Of a stretch of DNA of 64,000 nucleotides, positions 59,579 through 64,000 are shown in pieces; positions within the stretch are counted from its first letter, which is position 1, and each line of letters begins with the position of its first letter. The notes below the pieces were generated by a model. That model was not told the DNA's origin, ran no database searches, and saw only the letters and a program-made list of their open reading frames with translations. This stretch comes from an uncultured Fidelibacterota bacterium (lineage in GTDB: Bacteria; Fidelibacterota; Marinisomatia; Marinisomatales; UBA1611), in NCBI GenBank assembly GCA_913043235.1, contig CAJWLO010000002.1, positions 11,055-75,054 on the forward strand, given 5' to 3'. Both the position numbers and the translations under genes were made by a program.

Positions 59579-61495
59579 TTAGGGAACCCGTATCCGGTCG
59601 ATCATTTCTGTTATTTCCTGCGGAGGATCAGGGCTGCGTGATGCTACCAGATATGCCACCACAAAGTTTACAATAGCACCTACTGCGCCAAAAGCATTGG
59701 GCTCGATACCAAAGAACCAGTTTGGCTCCATATCACCAAGGAACGCTGTGGATTTGATAAACATAATACCCTTGTGCTGAAATACATACAGTAGGGTAAC
59801 ACTGATTCCCGAAAGCATGCCGGCAATGGCACCCTCTTTATTCATTTTCTTGGAAAAAATACCCATCATAATAGCTGGGAATATGGATGATGCTGCAAGA
59901 CCAAATGCCAGGGCTACCGTTCCAGCTGCAAAATCAGGTGGATTAAAGCCAAAATACCCTGCAACCGCGATGGATCCAGCCATGGCGATCCGGCTCGCCA
60001 TCAGTTCTTGTTTTTCAGAAATTTCCGGACGGAAAACACCTTTTAACAAGTCATGAGAGATGGATGAAGCAATAGCCAGCAGCAAACCTGCTGCAGTAGA
60101 CAGAGCCGCCGCCAGTCCGCCAGCAGCCACCAGGGCAATCACCCAGTTAGGTAGACCTGCAATCTCTGGGTTTGCCAATACCATGATGTCCCGGTCTACT
60201 TTTACCATTTCATTTGTAGCCCCTGCATCTTCAACGGCATCGATTCCCCAGCCATTGCCGTCGAATGATTCATCATAGTTATCATACATATTATTGTCTA
60301 TTAGACCTTTTGTACGCTGGTTTGCAAGATCAATAGGAGATGATCCTGAAAGATTATTCCAATCTTCCATTTTAGACAGTGTACTATAAGATTGCTGATT
60401 CCTTAATACGTTAGATACTTCATCGCCGCGGTATTTAACTCCTGTATATTGGATCAGGCCATCTTTATTCTTGTCTTCAAATTGCAATAAGCCTGTTTTT
60501 TCCCAATTATAAAACCAGGAAGGTCGATCTTTGTAAGCCAGGTTTTTCTCTTGCTCCGGCTGATCAATGGTGTTCATTAGGTTGAACCTGGCCATGGCAG
60601 CTACCGCAGGTGCTGTGGTATACAAAACAGCAATAAAGAATAAAGCCCATCCTGCAGATGAACGGGCTGCTTTCACAGAAGGTACCGTAAAAAATCGCAT
60701 AATCACATGGGGCAGGCCTGCGGTACCGATCATTAAAGACAGAGTATAGAAAAACATATTGGACAAGCTAAGGCGGGCATTGGTGGTATACTCTTTAAAC
60801 CCAAGCTGGGTCATGATTTGGTCCAATTTATCCAGCAGGTAGCTGCCGTCTTGCAGGGTGCCACCTAACCCAAATTGGGGAACTGGATTCCCAGTGAGCA
60901 TAAAAGAAATAAAAATAGCAGGAATAGTATAGGCAATGATCATGATTACATACTGAGCGATCTGCGTATAGGTAATCCCTTTCATACCCCCCATGACCGC
61001 ATAAACAAAAACAATACTCATTCCGATGGTCAGGCCTTTATCGTAATCCACTTCCAAGAAGCGAGAAAAAGCAACACCTATACCCTTCATCTGTCCAATC
61101 ACATAAGTGACAGATGCAATGATAAGACAGGTCACGGCCACTACACGGGCGGTTTTGGAGTAGTACCTATCACTGATGAACTCAGGGACCGTGAAGGTTC
61201 CATGCTTTCGGAGGTAGGGTGCGAGTAGAAGAGCTAGCAGTACATAGCCACCGGTCCAGCCCATTAAGAACACGGACCCGCCATATCCGTAAAAAGCGAT
61301 GAGTCCGGCCATGGAAATAAAAGAAGCTGCAGACATCCAGTCTGCAGCGGTGGCCATGCCGTTAGCAACAGGGTGTACCCCACCACCAGCGATATAAAAT
61401 TCGTTTGTATTGTCGGCTCTGGCCCAGAAAGCGATACCGATATAAATAGCAAATGTTGCGCCGACAATTAAGAAAGTAAGAGTCTGGAGATCCAT
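59579..61495 (-). CDS. actP: Cation/acetate symporter (SSS family)
   Basis: 'NGMATAADWMSAASFISMAG', 'GTAGLPH', 'DIMVLANPEIA'. Confidence 0.9.
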   Translation of the reverse strand: MDLQTLTFLIVGATFAIYIGIAFWARADNTNEFYIAGGGVHPVANGMATAADWMSAASFISMAGLIAFYGYGGSVFLMGWTGGYVLLALLLAPYLRKHGTFTVPEFISDRYYSKTARVVAVTCLIIASVTYVIGQMKGIGVAFSRFLEVDYDKGLTIGMSIVFVYAVMGGMKGITYTQIAQYVIMIIAYTIPAIFISFMLTGNPVPQFGLGGTLQDGSYLLDKLDQIMTQLGFKEYTTNARLSLSNMFFYTLSLMIGTAGLPHVIMRFFTVPSVKAARSSAGWALFFIAVLYTTAPAVAAMARFNLMNTIDQPEQEKNLAYKDRPSWFYNWEKTGLLQFEDKNKDGLIQYTGVKYRGDEVSNVLRNQQSYSTLSKMEDWNNLSGSSPIDLANQRTKGLIDNNMYDNYDESFDGNGWGIDAVEDAGATNEMVKVDRDIMVLANPEIAGLPNWVIALVAAGGLAAALSTAAGLLLAIASSISHDLLKGVFRPEISEKQELMASRIAMAGSIAVAGYFGFNPPDFAAGTVALAFGLAASSIFPAIMMGIFSKKMNKEGAIAGMLSGISVTLLYVFQHKGIMFIKSTAFLGDMEPNWFFGIEPNAFGAVGAIVNFVVAYLVASRSPDPPQEITEMIDRIRVP

Positions 61496-61507
61496 CGTTG
61501 TGTTTAC

Positions 61508-61765
61508 TTATTTTGAATTCTCATTAGCATGATATTTTTTATCTATTTCGCCCATTTTATGCGAATAATAAAAAATGAGCATTACAAATATATAGATCGA
61601 ACCCTGCTGGGAGAACCAGAACCCCAGTTTGTATCCTCCCAGGCGTATTGTATTTAATGTATCAACCAGCAAAATACTGAATCCATAGGAAACGATGAAC
61701 CAGACTACCAGGCACTTAAGTATAAGAGCAATATTCTCTTCCCAATATGTGTTTTGTTCTTTCAG
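61508..61765 (-). CDS. DUF4212 small membrane partner of the SSS transporter (absent from the ORF track; no ATG/GTG/TTG start)
   Basis: Manual translation: (L)KEQNTYWEENIALILKCLVVWFIVSYGFSILLVDTLNTIRLGGYKLGFWFSQQGSIYIFVMLIFYYSHKMGEIDKKYHANENSK*. Confidence 0.85.
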   Translation of the reverse strand: MKEQNTYWEENIALILKCLVVWFIVSYGFSILLVDTLNTIRLGGYKLGFWFSQQGSIYIFVMLIFYYSHKMGEIDKKYHANENSK

Positions 61766-61844
61766 AATTTGTACACTACAAGTATAGTTTTAACTAAAAC
61801 GGATAGAAAGAATATCAAACTAATATTATTTTATAATAAAACAA

Positions 61845-62723
61845 TTATTTGATACTTGCTACCTGCAGTACTTCTTTGGTCGTCTGATTTTGGATAAAGG
61901 CTACTACCTTCAGATTGGCAACATCATACTCCACTTCGGTCCAGCTTGTCTCAAAATTGTTTTGGGGCCAGTTACTAGGCATTTCCCAGGTATAGGATTT
62001 TGATTTATCTTTTTTGGATAGTGATAATAATTCCCCATTCATTCCTTCAGTGATCCAGCCAAGAAAAACATCTTGATGGTGTTTTTCACCATTATAGCCT
62101 TCGTAATCAACATTATCTATGGTGGCGGCAATGAAAAGGTATAAAGAGTTTTCTGATGTAAGATCACTGCTGCTGCTGATAGTGACCTTAACCTCAATAT
62201 CCGGTCCATCTATGGTTGTCCCATCTAGGCTTATTTGAACCGGGGTCATTTGGGATAAGGGACCTGATGCCATATCCGCGTTTACTAATTTATAGCTGCC
62301 ATTTGTATAGGTTGTTGGAACACCACTAATATTATACCAGCTTCCCTCTTCAAATCGTACATAGCAAAAATCATCTTCGGCTTCTTCACCGCGTAGAAAT
62401 TCATACATTGGATCTCCCCTTGAAGGATTATAGGTATGGTAATTGATCAGGAACCACTTGTCTGCAGTGCTGACGCCTACATAATTCTCGTGAGCCGGGT
62501 CCAGATAGCTGAGCAGTAAACTGTTGTCAGCCGGGCAATAGGGACAATTTGTTGAACCAACAAACTCAGTTAACGCATTCTTAGATACATCAGCACTAAG
62601 GCCACTTCCTGTAACTGTCCAATCATCATAGAATTGGTTATTATCATTATTATCATCGCTGCATGATAGAAAAATGAATGTTGTAAATAGAAAGATAGTG
62701 AATACATGAGTAGGTGTTTTCAT
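61845..62723 (-). CDS. Omp28-like lipoprotein with thioredoxin-like CxxC
   Basis: Lipobox 'FLSC'; 'TEFVGSTNCPYCP', 'GVPT', 'NGEKHH', 'VVAFIQN..TKEVLQ'. Confidence 0.8.
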   Translation of the reverse strand: MKTPTHVFTIFLFTTFIFLSCSDDNNDNNQFYDDWTVTGSGLSADVSKNALTEFVGSTNCPYCPADNSLLLSYLDPAHENYVGVSTADKWFLINYHTYNPSRGDPMYEFLRGEEAEDDFCYVRFEEGSWYNISGVPTTYTNGSYKLVNADMASGPLSQMTPVQISLDGTTIDGPDIEVKVTISSSSDLTSENSLYLFIAATIDNVDYEGYNGEKHHQDVFLGWITEGMNGELLSLSKKDKSKSYTWEMPSNWPQNNFETSWTEVEYDVANLKVVAFIQNQTTKEVLQVASIK

Positions 62724-62842
62724 TATAATTACTTTTCCCTATATAATTGAGGTTGAACATAAATTTAGTTTGTATTTATTATACAATACTATTCCTTAAG
62801 TATGAGCTACAAATTAAGAATATTTATTAGTTGTTTTAGATT

Positions 62843-63610
62843 ATGGTGATCAGGAACCAGTATAACCGGATCGATATAGGTTTCACTGTAGTCTTAATCT
62901 GGTGCTCAATGTTTTCAGCCAGTGGACAAGATTTTAAAAATCGGGACCTGTCCTTTGAGTTCAATTATCCCAGTTCGGATGTGTATGTTGGTTCTGATTC
63001 GGTGGGATCTTTTAATGGGACCATCAAAAATATTTCTACAGGTACAATCACCATTGCTGTTGTTCGTCGAGTCAATGCACTGGCGGAAACCTGGACATCA
63101 TCTATCTGTCTTGGTCAGATATGTTATAATGAATCTTTAGATAGTGTCGCCATTGAATTGAATGCCGGCGATTCAACCTTTTGTGGGATTTTGATCTGGA
63201 CAGCTGGTGCAGATACAGGTATGATTCAGCTTGACCTATTCGACCTAACCAACATCAATGAACATATATTCGTTGATCTGAATATTTATACAAGTACAAC
63301 GGCAGGAGTGGGTGATAACACATTAGTTCCTGAACAAATAATACTTTATCCTGCATTTCCCAACCCGTTTAACCCTGTAACAGAAATAGGCTATGAACTG
63401 AAAAATGATATATATATAAGTTTAATAATATATGATATTATAGGCAATAATATAAAGTCATTAGTGATGTCTGATCAAACGGCAGGTTACCAATCAGTAC
63501 GCTGGAATGCTACAAATAATCTTGGTGCGGCTGTTTCTGCAGGGATCTATATCTATATGATCCAGGCTGGTGGGTTCAGTCAGAGTCGGAAGATATTGCT
63601 CTTGAAATAA
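62843..63610 (+). CDS. Secreted Ig-like protein with T9SS/FlgD-type CTD
   Basis: Signal-like N-terminus; 'WTSSICLGQICY'; 'AFPNPFNP...VSAGIYIY...KILLLK'. Confidence 0.8.
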   Translation: MVIRNQYNRIDIGFTVVLIWCSMFSASGQDFKNRDLSFEFNYPSSDVYVGSDSVGSFNGTIKNISTGTITIAVVRRVNALAETWTSSICLGQICYNESLDSVAIELNAGDSTFCGILIWTAGADTGMIQLDLFDLTNINEHIFVDLNIYTSTTAGVGDNTLVPEQIILYPAFPNPFNPVTEIGYELKNDIYISLIIYDIIGNNIKSLVMSDQTAGYQSVRWNATNNLGAAVSAGIYIYMIQAGGFSQSRKILLLK

Positions 63611-63621
63611 ATCTCCCTGTA

Positions 63622-64000
63622 ATGATTAATCATATTCAAAAAAATATTACTGCCTTATCTGTGGACTGCATTGTCAACGCTGCTAATGAGCGGCTAGTAT
63701 CTGGCGGTGGTGTTTGTGGCGCTATCCACGCTGCTGCCGGACCGGAACTGGCAGAAGAATGCCACAGGATCGGCCACTGTGGTGTAGGTGAAGCTCGAAT
63801 CACCGGTTCATATAATATTACCAATGTAAGGCATATTATCCATACAGTAGGACCTGTTTGGAAGGACGGTCATCAGGGAGAAAGAGATTACCTTGCGAAT
63901 TGCTATAAAAAAACACTCCTGCTGGCTTCGCACCACCATATCGGCACCATTGCATTTCCCAATATCAGTACTGGTATTTTTGGATTTCCCAAAGAAGTTG
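63622..64000 (+). CDS. Macro-domain ADP-ribose (O-acetyl-ADP-ribose) hydrolase, YmdB-like (runs off the window)
   Basis: Manual translation from ATG 63622: 'VDCIVNAANERLVSGGGVCGAIH.AAGP...IIHTVGPVW...IAFPNISTGIFGFP'. Confidence 0.92.
   Translation, partial: MINHIQKNITALSVDCIVNAANERLVSGGGVCGAIHAAAGPELAEECHRIGHCGVGEARITGSYNITNVRHIIHTVGPVWKDGHQGERDYLANCYKKTLLLASHHHIGTIAFPNISTGIFGFPKEV

Noticed and set aside
61845-62723. Possible selenoprotein (UxxC) or UGA read-through
   Set aside because: The CxxC is encoded by normal Cys codons; no in-frame TGA interrupting a recognisable domain was found in the window.
244-63824. Numerous short antisense or alternative-frame ORFs in the track
   Set aside because: They lie within well-supported genes and have no recognisable motifs; treated as shadow ORFs.

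Overview
A 64 kb chromosomal window, about 57 CDS, mostly on the + strand, from a low-GC Gram-negative bacterium. Five proteins end in FlgD-like/T9SS type-A 'YPNPFN...K' sorting domains and a GldM/PorM-like gene is present, which suggests the FCB group, most likely Marinimicrobia (inference). (1) 1-11.1 kb holds envelope genes: a GldM-like C-terminus, two paralogous probable beta-barrel proteins (one with a nested SHD1-in-SHD1 insert, one with cadherin domains), and a 1445-aa mosaic protein (D-S/T repeat stalk, TonB_C, two PhoR-type Cache-like domains, seven MORN-variant repeats). (2) 11.2-36 kb is a self-contained molybdoenzyme island. It has a Moco riboswitch-like leader, moaA-moaC/B-moeA-moeB-moaD-moaE, and a coxG-S-L-M molybdenum hydroxylase with the AYRGAGR motif. 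An unexplained cassette follows (FGE-fold protein, DUF59, atypical amidohydrolase, membrane protein, acyl-CoA synthetase). The island ends with a genuine form I CO dehydrogenase (AYRCSFR) and coxG, coxF-YHS, coxD, coxE, mocA, xdhC and a cysteine desulfurase. (3) 36-64 kb mixes housekeeping and accessory genes: typA, a sigma-70 factor, an orphan DNA methyltransferase, secreted hydrolases, LemA-GIDE, actP with a DUF4212 partner lacking a canonical start codon, and a truncated macro-domain gene. No rRNA, intact tRNA, CRISPR array or transposase was seen. All calls come from reading motifs by eye; no database searches were run.
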